Assembly: GCA_032718475.1 (NCBI GenBank)
Contig: JAUCBJ010003970.1
Location: 1-64,000, forward strand
Reading direction: 5' to 3'
Length of the DNA: 64,000 bases
Origin: Nemertoderma westbladi
Lineage: Eukaryota > Animalia > Xenacoelomorpha
Shown: one piece after another, positions 38,773 to 52,020 of the stretch
How the letters are laid out: each line of letters begins with the position of its first letter
How positions within the stretch are numbered: the first letter of the stretch is position 1
Program-made: the position numbers and the translations under genes
The notes under the pieces: model-generated
Told to the model about the DNA's origin: nothing
Database searches by the model: none
The model's input: only the letters and a program-made list of their open reading frames with translations

Positions 38773-39386
38773 CTGGTGTAACGGAGAATTTCCACGCCCC
38801 TAAATATTCCCCTCCCGGTTAAAATTCCCTAGTGTATTTTTACCCCCGATTAGAATTTATTTTCTTAAGCTTTTACTTAAAATAATAATTTTGTAGTTAT
38901 TGTCATTACTTAGATTTTGGCGCTTACACCTCATCCTAATGCAGTTGTAGGCTATCATTAACGATGCTTGTAAAAGGAGTTATATACAGTAACACACTCC
39001 GCTAAACTCATTCTAAGCGACCAGGTTTAGCAGATATATTATTTTGATCAATAGCGGTACCCAAGATAATCAGTAGCCAAGAAGACCAGGTTTAGCACAT
39101 TTAAAAACATGAGGCCTACGGAAATGTTGTGTGCTCCTATATTCTTGCTATCTTATTACATTTTCACTAGAGGATTCTAAAATACACTTAGGGAAAAACA
39201 CCGGGAGTGAGAATACACTAGGGAAATTTAACCGGGGATGGATTTGCAAAGAGTGAAAATTGATAAATGCAGCCGGGTGAGTTTACACTGGAGGAGGTTA
39301 AAATACACCCAGGGAGTGAGATTTCACCAGAGGGTTTTAACCGGGGGTGATTTTGCATGGGGATTGAAAATTCTGTGTTACACCGG
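38773..39386. mobile_element. TIR element (CYGGTGTAAC ends)
   Basis: CTGGTGTAACGGAGAATTT ... AAAATTCTGTGTTACACCGG with mirrored CCGGTTAAAATTCCCTAGTGTA motifs; no clear TSD. Confidence 0.6.
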
Positions 39387-40001
39387 AGTACGGTAACGTA
39401 TTATAATTTTATTTTCTTTAAAATATCTCATTTATTGTTGATTACTTACTGTTGATTTCGCATTATTTATTCTAGATGAGTAATTTACGTTGGTAATTAT
39501 TAATAAATTTAGCATTAAAATGTTTATTATTTATTGCTCTCTTGTTGCTTTACTCGACTTTCTGGTTTACATGTATACCCGTTGTAACTATTTCGGCAAC
39601 TTCGATCACACCGATTATCTTGATCGGCAACCTAAGTTGCTGAGAAAGTTGCCACGTGTTGTAAACCTACCTTTAATTATTTGATTTAACTTTTGGAATA
39701 TCAATTTCACACACAAAGTGAAGCTATGTAGTGTATAGCAGGTAGTATTATTTAATTATTATTTAATTTTTTTAATTATTATTAGGTGCAACATTTTACT
39801 CAAATTTTAGTTAAATTTGTTACGTTAAACTTCTGATTTAAGCAAAAACATATTATCATGTTATGTTATATTTTATTTATTATTTTTATTATTTATTATT
39901 TTATTATATGTATTAACAGCGAGTTGTTATTTAGCACTTTACAACTTTAGATGACATTACAGCATTGTATTGGCCTGTACATTTAGTATTGTATTTGGTG
40001 T

Positions 40002-40092
40002 TATTGTTTACGTGGTAACCCATGACGGCGTTAAGTAATGTCCTCTAAGGGGACATTACTTAACACCGTCATTGGATACCACGTAAACAATA
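40002..40092. repeat. ~91-bp near-perfect palindrome
   Basis: TATTGTTTACGTGGTA...GTTAAGTAATGTCC / GGACATTACTTAAC...TACCACGTAAACAATA. Confidence 0.85.
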
Positions 40093-40341
40093 GGTGGAAA
40101 TTTGCCTGACAGCCAGATTGGCCAACTGCATTACCTACCGGTAGGCGGGGTAGGGCCTAGCTATATTATTATAACATGGCTCCAAACGCCACCATAAATA
40201 TAAGCTAACTTATTTATAACATAATATATGTCATTTTTACATTTATTTATATACAGCAACTAATATAATTTGTACAGTTTCTATCACTTATAATGTATAT
40301 GTACAATCATTTCGTAATGTTAAAATTTTGGAATAAAACTA

Positions 40342-40480
40342 CATACATACTTGTTGCAAAGTACTTTACAGTGTTCTGATCCTCGTGGCTTTATTTTCAC
40401 TCACTAACTAACGTTCATTCGTGTAACAAAGACACTCGGATCATCACACTGTAAAGTGCTACTTTACACACAAGTATGTA
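40342..40480. repeat. Imperfect inverted repeat (MITE remnant)
   Basis: TACATACTTGT..CTTTACAGTG..GATCC mirrored by GGATC..CACTGTAAAG..ACAAGTATGTA. Confidence 0.55.
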
Positions 40481-40688
40481 AATCGTTATTACTCGAAATA
40501 GTAGCATTTTTCTCGAAAATAAAATATTATCTCGAAAATCCGTCTCTAATCTAATATTAATCATTCCTCGAAAGTGCGGATTAAAAAGTCGGACAAATAA
40601 CTATATACGTCATTGTTCATAAAATAGCATTTTATAGCGTGGCGGCACGTGTGTTTTTGACATGACAAAATTTGGGCCATAAACATTT

Positions 40689-40917
40689 CAGATAGGGGGG
40701 GGGGGGGGGGGGGGGTGGACGCAATAAAAATTAATCCCTCTCCAGGGGAAATTGGACGCAAATAACAGTTGATTACTCTCAAAAATAAAACTGTAACCTG
40801 TTTTATTGTGTTTAGTTTATTGTTTTGGTTAAAATAACGTGCCATTGAGAATTTAACATTGAGGCGGGATATTAATCCGCCAAGGCGGGTTTTGCGTCGA
40901 GTTTCCCCCCCTGTCTC
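40689..40917 (-). mobile_element. MITE family A, complete copy
   Basis: Ends CAGATAGGGGG / CCCCCTGTCTC; 8-bp TSD AAACATTT / AATCATTT. Confidence 0.8.
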
Positions 40918-41254
40918 AATCATTTAAACTGCAGATTATTATCAATGGCGAATTTAATTTTATTTAGTTTGTGAATTATTTGTAATTATGCACTTGAGCT
41001 CTCTAAAACAACCTTGTAACAGTAAAGCGTGATATTTCTATCTCGTACCCAACTGGCAGCGAAGTGGATAACGCATTAGGTTATAAATATGACTTCCATT
41101 GGTTCGATTCTCACCTATTTCATTTATGTAAGTTTTAGAATTGTGAAATAGTTTTAGTATGTATATATGTATTCGTATGACGTCATGTGATTATATTTAG
41201 AATGACGCGGTGATATACTAGACGTGGACGTGATCATGCATAATAAATGTATGG

Positions 41255-44200
41255 CGTAGGAGTTAGGAGCTACCATAGGAGTTACATTGCTAACATAGGA
41301 TTTTGACTGCTACCGTATGAGATACACTGCTACCGTATGATATACATTGCTACCATAGGAGATAAACTGCTACCTTAGGAGATACTCTGCTGCCATAGGA
41401 GTTACACTGCTACCGTAGGCGTTACATTGCTGTCTGCTACCATAGGAGTTACATTGCTACAGTGTGATATACATTGCTACCACAGGAGATATACTGCTAC
41501 TGTAGGAGATACACTGCTACCATAGGAGTTACACTGCTACCGTAGGAGTTACACTGGTACCATATGAGATTCAATGTTACCGTAGGAGATACACTGCTTA
41601 ACGTAGGATATACACTGCTAACGTAGGAGATATACTGCTGTCTGTTACACTGCTACCGTAGGTGATACACTGCTAATGAAGGAGTTACACTTCTATCGTA
41701 GGAAATACACTGCTACCGTAGGAGTTCCACTGCTACCGTAACAACTACACTACTTGCTAATGTAGGATTTACACTTCTACCGTATGAGATACACTGCATG
41801 CGAAGGAGATAGACTGCTGCCATATGAGATACACTGCTACCGTAGGAGATACACTGCCACCGTATGATATACACTGCTAGCGTAGGAGATAGACTGCTAC
41901 CATTGGATATAAACTGCTACCATAGGATATAAACTGCTACCATAGGAGATACACTGCTACCGTATGAGATACACTGCTACCGTAGGAGATACACTGCTAG
42001 CGTATGAGATATGCTGCTACCGTATGAGATACACTGCTACCGTAGGAGATACACTGCTAGCGTAGGAGATAGAATGCTGCCATATGAGATACACTGCTAC
42101 CGTAGGAGATACACTGCTAGCGCAGGAGATAGACTGCTACCGTAGGAGATACACTGTTAATGTAGGAGATACACTGCTACCGTAGGAGATACACTGCTAC
42201 CGTACGAGATACACTGCTAGCGTAGGAAATAGACTGCTGCCATATGAGATACACTGCTACTGTAGGAGATACACTGCTAGCGCGGGAGATAGACTGCTAC
42301 CATAGGAGATACACTGTTAATGTAGGAGATACACTGCTACCGTAGGAGATACACTGCTACAGTAGGCTGGTAGGTGATACACTGCTACCGTAGGAGATAC
42401 ACTGCTACCGTATGAGATACACTGCTAGCGTAAGAGATAGACTGCTGCCGTATGAGATACACTGCTACCGTAGGAGATACACTGCTACTGTATGAGATAC
42501 ACTGCTACCGTAAGAGATACACTGCTACCGTAGGAGATACACTGCTACCGTAGGAGATACACTGCTACTGTATGAGATACACAGCTAGCGTAGGAGATAG
42601 ACTGCTACCATAGGAGATACACTGCTACAGTAGGCTGGTAGGAGATACACTGCTACCGTAGGAGATACACTGCTACCGTATGAGATACACAGCTAGCGTA
42701 GGAGATAGACTGCTATCATAGGATATACACTGCTACAGTGGGAGATACACTGCTACTGTAGGAGTTACACTGCTAACGTATGAGTTACACTGCTACTGTA
42801 GGAGTTACACTGCTACCATAGGAGTTACACTGCTACCGTAACAGTTACACTGCTAATGTAGGAGATACACTGCTACCTAAGAGGTACAATGCTACCGTCG
42901 GAGTTACACTGCTACCGTAACAGTTACACTGCTAATGTAGGAGTTACACTTCTACCGTAGGAGATATACTGCTACCGTAGGAGATATACAGCTACCGTAG
43001 GAGATACACTGCTACCGTATGAGATACACTGCTAGCGTAGGAGATAGACTGCTGCCATGCCATATGAGATACACTTCTACCGTAGGAGATACACTGCTAG
43101 CGTAGGAGATAGACTGCTGCCATATGAGATACACTGCTACCGTAGGAGATACACTGCTACCGTATGAGATACACTGCTAGCGTAGGAGATATACTGCTAC
43201 CGTAGGAGATACACTATTAATGTAGGAGATACACTGCTACCGTTGGAGATACACTGCCACTGTAGGAGATAATACACTGCTACCGTAGGAGATACACTGC
43301 TACCGTATGAGATACACTGCTACCGTAGGAGATAAACTGCTAGCGTAGGAGATAGACTGCTACCGTAGGAGATACACTGTTAATGTAGGAGATACACTGC
43401 TACCGTAGGAGATACACTGCTATCGTATGAGATACACTGCTAGCGTAGGAGATACAGTAGGAGATACACTGCTTCTGTAGGAGTTATACTGCTACCGTAG
43501 GAGTTACACTGCTACCGTAACAGTTACACTGCTAATGTAGGAGATACACTGCTACCTAGGAGGTACAATGCTACCGTCGTAGTTACACTGCTACTGTAAC
43601 AGTTACACTGCTAATGTAGGAGTTACACTTCTACCGTAGGAGATATACTGCTACCGTAGGGGATACACTGCTACCGTAGGAGTTACACTACTACCGTAGG
43701 AGATATACAGCTACTGTAGGAGATACACTGCTACCGTAACAGTTACACTGCTAATGTAGGAGATACACTGCTACCGTAGGAAAAAAACTGCTACTGTAGG
43801 GGATACACTGCTACCGTAGGAGTTACACTACTACCGTAACAGTTACACTGCTAATGAAGGAGTTACACTTCAACCGTAGGAGATACACTGCTACCGTAGG
43901 AGATACACTGCTACCGTAGCAGTTACACTACTACCGTAACAGTTACACTGCTAATGTAGGAGTTACACTTCTACCGTAGATACACTGCTACCGTAGAAGA
44001 TACACTGCTACCGTATGAGATACACTGCTACCGTATGAGATACACTGCTACCGTATGAGATACACTGCTAGCGTAGGAGATATACTGCTGCGCTGCCGTA
44101 TGAGGTACACTGCTACCGTATGAGATACACTGCTAGCTTGGGAGATAGACTGCTACCGTATGAGATACACTGCTAGCGTAGGAGATACACTGCTACCGTA

Positions 44201-44310
44201 TGAAATACACTGCCAGCGTAGGAGATACACTGCTAGCGTATGAGATACACTGCTACCGTAGGAGATATAATGCTGCCGTATGAGGTACACTGCTACCGTA
44301 GGAGCTACCA
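41255..44310. repeat. 20-bp minisatellite (~150 diverged copies)
   Basis: Unit CTACCGTAGGAGATACACTG. Confidence 0.95.
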
Positions 44311-46006
44311 ACCTAACCTGCACATGGCCATAAGATATCTTCATGCAACTGTCTGGACCCCTGGCGCAAACACGTATATAGGTCATTCGTACGAGGTTTG
44401 TGGCTTCTCAATCAGGATTATGCATGTATGCACCCGGAAAAAATAGCACGCCGACATGTCAGTCTGGTAGCGTACATAGATTTGTATTCACTATTGGAGG
44501 GAATTATTCAAATGTCTGTATTACTGTAATTTACCTTATTTGTTATTAGCCTAAAAAGACAGCAGTTCAGTTATGGTATGCAGTGAATATATATATATAG
44601 CCTACATCAATTATTAACTCGGTATAGATTGTAGGGTGTAGCTAGGGTAGATAGTGTTTGTAGTTGTTACAGAAGGAGTTGGGTGATTTGTGCCAAATTG
44701 TGGTGCAGTAGTTGTTGGTTTGGGTAGGTACCGGTAGGTGCATAGTCAATAATGATATGTTTTAAATACAATAGTTACTGACAAATATATTATAAGTAAT
44801 AATGCGGCGAGGTGATGTTTGATGACTCATTGATTGGATGATAAACATATAGAGATTGCTGTATTGTAAATTTATTGTACGTGCGGTATATATATATGTA
44901 AGAGTGTGTTTTATAAGACCCGATGTTACCATTTTATAGGTTACCAGCGCAGCATACCATATATAATACACCTTTGGACTTTCATGTATTTGTTTTTCAT
45001 TAGTTTAATTGTCAATTTATATTCCTGCGATTATCGTGAACCGGCTATCTCAAATCATTTATGTATTTTAGGTATGTTTATTCTCTTACTGCATTGGGTT
45101 GCTGTCTAATATTAATGGTATAATTACATTGCAGATTCGATCCTTATATTTAATGCACAATTTCAAGTAATTGTGTCATTTTATCATCAAGATTTATACT
45201 CATTTATTTAGCTGGGTCTATTAATATAGATTGCTCAGAATGGCTTACATTGCATTAGGCTAGCGCCCATGAAAGTATGGAGGAATAGTAGATAGCGTGC
45301 TCATCTGTAATGCAGTACATTTTGTATATTTAGTTACCGGTACCCACTTCCAAGTTCCATTACGAATCAGTTTTCACATTGTTAAAGATCCCCGAATCCG
45401 AGATAGTAAGGCATGCTCTGGGCTCTGAATTAAATAAACCATCAAATCAAGGGTATGGAAGTCTCTTGGAATCAGACCTCTGGAGGTTAATTTATTACAG
45501 CAATGGCGGCTATTTGGCAGTCCTTGCTGACATCTTATTCTTACTGCTGAAAACTTCAGCCCCCTTGATGGCCATACATCGGGATGCGACGTGTCCAGAG
45601 CTCATAACATTTCATAAGATACAATGATCACTAACAAACGTACGTAATTGTGCAATCTCGGTATTTACCTTAAGTCCAGCACCACCCTTTAGACACGACT
45701 GGGTCTTTCAGGCCACTTATATCGTAGAAATGATCAGATCAGCAATGTGGATCATCTGTGGGTGATCTGATGTGGAATGCAGTTATTCTATGGTATCCGG
45801 GTGACGAGAATGCACTTCGCTAAAAGATGATAATGTAGCTGAATTGGGTACCGGTATTTACAAGGCTGAATGCGAACTGTGTGGAGGAGTTACGTTGCTG
45901 ACCTGATCGGCAATGTGGAAATTCATCAGGCACAGCCATTACAGTGGACTGAGATATTAATCCGAATTAGTTAGTAATTAACTTCAGTCGGGGTTTCGCC
46001 AAGTGA

Positions 46007-46108
46007 TGGTACTGATGACACTGGAACATGTTCTAGAGATTGGTACTGATGACACTGGAACATGTTCTAGAGATTGGTACTGATGACACTGGAACATGTT
46101 CTAGAGAT
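46007..46108. repeat. 34-bp tandem repeat x3
   Basis: TGGTACTGATGACACTGGAACATGTTCTAGAGAT. Confidence 0.9.
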
Positions 46109-47869
46109 TAGTTATGTTGTAGGTGCTGTAGCAGGCGGTGCACCGTAGCGCTGGTGCCCCACACTAAATTTATTGTGCTGCGTTTTCTATTTTTATTGAT
46201 ATAAAGCCATTAAGGAAATAAGATGTAAGATTAATGATTGTGTTTGTATGTGCACATGTTGCTGTGTATCTGTGTATTATTAACTTGTAATCACGTTATA
46301 AAGTTAAAATAACAACAATATGCTTTGGGATTTACTGTGATGTCATGTATTAGTGTCCAGGTCCATAGAAATATGTCAATTGTATCGGAAGAGGGGATAC
46401 TGCAGTTTAAGACACTCAAAGGTAAGTTATAGTGAGTGTGTTTGTGTGGGGGGGGGGGGGGGGGGGGGTGCGAAGCTCAGCATACCTGACGTTGTGCTGT
46501 TATATTTATCTTTGCATTTCATTAACCCCATCCATATAAAAAATACCACGATTTCACAAAAACCCAGGTTATAGAGGGAGTGAACTTAACCAAACCGAAG
46601 TAAAAGTATATTTTAATAAATGACCTAATAAACTCAGAATTAGTTTTGGTGTAGCCGCTGGAAAATTATCTTGTTTCTGAATTGAAGATATTTTCGGTAC
46701 CGGTACGCTATGATGTAACAAACATAGGTATACCTATACTTACTTTTCATAAATACGTGTTTTACTAATTTGTCATTTTATGTAATATGTGATAACTTTT
46801 AATTTATCTAAACTTTCTGCTATGTCCTTTATTACACAAACCAGGTATTCAAGCAAGCAATGTCTGATTTACAAGCGGCTTTCACATCTCACAGAGGTTA
46901 GTTTTGCAAGTGATCCTTCTTCGGTTTTTATATTTTGACTTGATTTACTTTACTAAACAAATTGCTATTTATTAAGTTAACCATGCTATGGTATAAAACA
47001 CTTTTAATATGTAATACTAACTTAACTTATAAATTGTTCGTTTTTAATAACAATTAACAATTGATAGGTATTTTGCTTATATTGTTCTTCAATATTCATT
47101 TACCAATACCATTAAATCTTACTACAACATCTGTTTTATTTTTTAAGGTTAAATATTGTTTTGAAACTAATCTTAGAATTTACTTTGTTTGTATGTTAAA
47201 CACTAACCAACAAATGCTATTCATTCATTTTGTTTGTATGGACGCCTCGCCTATATATGCGAATTTATACGGTTTAGTTTGTTCTTGGTCAAATCAGTTG
47301 TATACAATTACTAATATATACATCACTGTGTATTGGGGCAGTTTAACACGTCGTAACTCCCTCTAATTTTTTCGGAGCGCGAACTTTGTTCCTAAAATGT
47401 GAAAATGCGAATTTTGTTCCAATTCACAGCGAACTTTGTTCCTATTTTTGCGAATTTTTGGCAAATATATTGCGAACTTTGTTCCCATGACTACGAATTT
47501 TGTTCCACTCACACTTACAGTACTGCAGTAGCTAAACTTACTGTAGATGAATAACAACACGAATGCAGAAATTAACTTTCATGCCTCAACTTTCCCACGA
47601 TTTAACACAATAGTATTAGATTGAATAGGGAACTTTTACTTACCTGGAGAATCATTAACATAAATTAATTTTGCTTTAGAAATTATCTTACCGCCAGTAT
47701 TCAAGGCCCGGTCCACTTAATTATGGATTATATTAATGTTGGCGTTTTATACAAATATTGTCTTATTATAATAATAAATTATTATAATATTGATTTACTA
47801 AGAATACTTAGTTTATACGTAACGTACATACTAGTAATACGTTCCATGGTGTCAGATTATCCTATGTCC

Positions 47870-48157
47870 TGCCCATGTGAAGAATACCAGGATTTCACTT
47901 TTCGGTCGACTTTTTATTGGAATGTTATATATGAAGATTTTTTATTTTTTTTAATTTATCTTTATTAAGTGTTTTATAGCGCTTATTCCTGTCTTATAAC
48001 CTGTACATATAGTAATTCGTTTATTGTTTTGGTTAGATTCAGCCCTTATGTAACCTGGGTTTTGGTGAAAACCTGGTATTCTTCACATAACTGCAAACTT
48101 TGTGTAACTGCAAAGTGAAATATAACAGCGGAAAGTCTGGTATTCTTCACATGGACC
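47870..48157. mobile_element. MITE family B, second complete copy
   Basis: Highly similar to 25917-26193; TSD (C)CTATGTCC on both sides. Confidence 0.85.
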
Positions 48158-49094
48158 CTATGTCCCAAAGGATAACAATAATTACGGTACTGTTTGCGAC
48201 TTTGAAATTAAAAGTAAACATTTGAAACACAATCATTCAGTTTCCTAGCGCAAACCTATATATACCCTTTTCCTATAACGCAAACTGAATTCATCGAATT
48301 CTAATAATTATTGAGTCGAATGGACAATTTTTCTATTTAGTCAATTTTGACATTAAACATTATCAAAAAAATTATAGGTTACTTTCTCAATATATTTCAT
48401 TTTTAACCGAAAGTAGGTCGCTTTACCAATAAGTTACTTGCCCAATATTCGACTTACAGAATAAGTCATTTATTTGCCCAATAAGTTTTTTGAGACCATA
48501 ATTTCCATTCACTACGTATTCTGCCTGTTGCTAGGCCGACTACATCACATAATCAGATAGTGGCGCATATTGAGCGCAAGTAAAAATAGTGATCATCAGT
48601 GCAAATTGACCGCTTTTAAGTGAAATTATATATAGTTTATTGTTTTGGTTAGAAAACACCGCCAGTGTAACCTGCTCCTTTCCATTAATGTTCTTAATTA
48701 AATAAAGCTAAATCTCAAAGTATTGGGCAAGTGTCCTATTCGAAAACTCGCCTATTGGGCAAGTTTCCTATTCGAAAACTGGTCTATTAATTGGGCAAGT
48801 GTCCTATTGGGAAAGTGACCATACCAAATCTAGTTATTGGGGAAGTGACTCATAGGGAAAGTGTCTTAAGGTAAATATTACTGGGCAAAAGTCTCATTGG
48901 GGAAGTGTCCCTAATGGGCATCTGACAGTTAAACCATATTATAGTTATCTACATAGGATGATACATTTAGATAGGATAATATAGATCTTAATACGGATCG
49001 GATAGATAACAAATAATTGTTTGATCTCGAATTATATTGTATTAATTGTAAACAACATTTTAATGAAATGCCATGGATGGTAGGTCTCTCGTCT

Positions 49095-49527
49095 TTCGAC
49101 GCGTTCAAAATCCATCCATTTCAGGGTAAGATCGACGCGCAAATAACAGCTGATTACTCCCACAATTAAAACGGTAAACTGTTCTATTAACTTCCGTTTA
49201 TTGATTTGGTTAAAATAACTCGAGTTATAATTCGTTGAAATGGGATCTGCTACAAGTTAACCCTGCTCTCTCAGATTCCGAATACGAAAACCCCCACTGT
49301 TTTGAATTTCACCAGATGATTCTTCAATAATTTTGATATATTATCAAAGGTGCACATCTTGAGACCTAAGTATTAAAACCGGTATCTACGATGAATCAAC
49401 GCCATAAAAATGCATCCCTCTCCAGGGGAAATTGGACGCAAATAACAGCTGATTACTCTCAAAAATAAAACTGTATCAGATTCTATTGTGTTTAGTTTAT
49501 TGTTTTGGTTAAACCAAAACCTGTCTC
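49095..49527 (-). mobile_element. Two partial MITE family A copies
   Basis: GACGCAAATAACAGCTGATTACTC... at ~49135 and ~49435; CCTGTCTC end at 49520-49527. Confidence 0.65.
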
Positions 49528-50158
49528 GTATAGTAAGAAGCAATATCGGATTATCACAATACCAAATTTTTCAGCATTGATTTGAAATTATTAAAAAAAT
49601 TAGGGCCTGTGTTAGACTCAGATCTATAATAGTTTCTCTACAGGAAATGTTGGTGTATGTGCATCAAGGTGATTCTATAATTATATACATTAATGAAACA
49701 AATAAATTGTATATCGATTGCTATACACAGACTGAACTACCGGCAGCAGAAATGGCTAAATATATTATATATGCGCTAAAGGCATAATGGTTATTTATAT
49801 ATGCTCGGTTATTGACCCTTTGCTAACCCTCCTATACTATGGTAATTGCATTGTGCATTGTATACTAATACCAACCAATGAATGTTCATATGTATGTATG
49901 TTTGATGGGTTACCACACCTTAAACTAAAGCTTCATACAGTTTGTATACAAAACTGTTGCAGTGCTCCTTGGCACGACAACCAGCACATATATCGCCAAT
50001 AACTCACTGTGCTCTCTCCCTGTGATATTTCATCTAACTTCTAATAATATTTAAAAGTATATGTCACGGTTCAGTTAGTTCCAATGGCGGAATCTTTGTA
50101 GGTGAATGGTTGTGATGGTTTAAGGTGACAACCACCCACAGCAGTACTTACTACCTAT

Positions 50159-50465
50159 AGCCCCGTTCACATCCAACGGTGCGTGAGCGGTAAAGTAGTC
50201 TAGCGGTATTGAAGCGGTAAGCCAGCGGTACACTACCCGGAGCCCGTTCACACCCAACGGTACCGTTGCGGTAACTGATTTTCTATCTGTCGACTGTGAA
50301 TTCAACAGGAAATTACATTAATTGTTTTAACATTGTTTAAATGGGCTGCGGTAAACCGCGCGGTTTAGCGCACAACTACCTGTTGGGTCGTTCACAGTCA
50401 GTGGAGTACCGCTGGCCCTGCGGTACACCGCGCGGTGTACCGTTCCGTTGGATGTGAACGGGCCT
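50159..50465. mobile_element. PIF/Harbinger-like MITE
   Basis: TIR AGCCCCGTTCACATCCAACGG / CCGTTGGATGTGAACGGGCCT; 3-bp TSD TAT. Confidence 0.8.
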
Positions 50466-51369
50466 TATGGTCGGTACCATTGACCAAGATGAAGATCCAA
50501 CTCAATCTGTCAAGCTGAAAGTACTTACTTATATCAGAATAACTGCTGTAATAATGGATTGACTCTTATGCCTACAATATTTATTTTGAACTATTGTGAT
50601 TTAAATAATTATTTCTTTGGATATGTGTATGTATACATGACAACATGTTTCATGATGATTGTTTTAAGATTGGTAATAATTAATTATATTTGAACCGGCT
50701 GATTTTACCAAATAAGATTATTTATCGCGAATTTTTTGTCAGCATTATTGTCAAGGTCTATTCAATAACAATTTTTATCCTTATTGATTTTATTTACATA
50801 CGATTTTCCGACAATTTGACCACACAAGCAAATGTAATGCCTCTTTGTATGGTTGGTTGGTTATATGACTCACCAATAACGATTTAAGTGAATCATACGC
50901 AGAGCATTGAATTTGTATATTGTTTCACCATTTCTGTCTAGAGAACGCCGCATACTTTAAGTTGAACTATTTCGTATATTATTGTTCTGTCAGTTTTTAG
51001 GCAGGGGATACGATGTATGGAACCACATAAATGGGAATACGATGTATAGAACCACGTGTCTACTAGACGTTATTAGGGCCACTGAGATTGTATAATTGTC
51101 ATTGTATTGACCTCTTAACCTTAATATGAATCATTGACTACGCAGTGTGTGCCAATAATAACCAATAGTCCCTCATTTTATTTTGAATATTTGTTATGTC
51201 TGAATCGCCCAGAGTAACAGAGTAAATTTATTTCGGTGAAAGTGCAACAGGAAACATCAGGGACAACCTGAAGGCTCATCTCTGTTGGGAAACCGGAAGG
51301 CTCATCTCCCTTGAGCAATAAATATGCCCAGTTTTAGTACTAACGAGTTAGTGCTTTAACATTACCATT

Positions 51370-52020
51370 AGTTTGGCACATCATAACATGCCATTGGCTT
51401 AGAACATCATAGCCTGTCCTGGTGTCTGATTGTCACACTATGACGTGGGGATGGCATGGGATTAATTGCCTAATAGTTATAAATTGTATGATGTGGCATG
51501 AATGGCTGACAATTGCATTGGTTTGGCATGGTTTGTCATGGCACGGAATGAAACATCATGGCATAGCGCGTTGTGGCATTGCATAGCACAAACATCTTTG
51601 TATTGAATCGTCTAGCATTATTCGGAAAACTGGAAAGGTATTGTTTAACAACATTACATGTTATTGCGAGCATGGCGTGGGACGTCATGGCATGGCATAT
51701 GGTTACATTTAGGGTATAGTATGTGGTGGGCATGTAGATATCACAGCATGAGCATCGGAATTTGCCAGGTATGTATGGTATGTGCGTTCAATGTTATGGT
51801 ATATGGCATGACGGGGATGACGCATGGAATGCGGGCAAGGAACATCAGAAATATGCAGCATGGCACGTCACGGCATTGCATATCACTTGATGGAAAAATA
51901 ATCATGCCATAAGAGAGCATGGTATAGCAATAGAGGCATGTCCTGTAATGGTAAGATAATGAAACGGAACATGCATTGCAAGCGTATGTCATCCCAGGGC
52001 GGGGCATGGTATTTATGGTT
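51370..52020. repeat. Decayed (GCATG/TGGCA)-type low-complexity repeat
   Basis: Dense GGCATG and GCAT words. Confidence 0.6.

Noticed and set aside
41055-41115. tRNA-like sequence with GGTTCGATTC
   Set aside because: No convincing cloverleaf; at most a decayed SINE head.
65-44310. CRISPR-like appearance of regular repeats
   Set aside because: Head-to-tail units with no unique spacers, no cas genes, and a eukaryotic context.
45330-45720. Minus-strand SSGHVASRC, a possible Gag zinc knuckle of a decayed LTR element
   Set aside because: Only a partial motif among stops and frameshifts; needs BLASTx before it can be called.
14595-46468. Long poly-G/poly-C runs (14595, 26946, 29417, 35480, 40696, 46447) as functional G-quadruplexes
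   Set aside because: Two are expansions of the G-tract in MITE A termini, and homopolymer lengths are unreliable in amplified long-read data.
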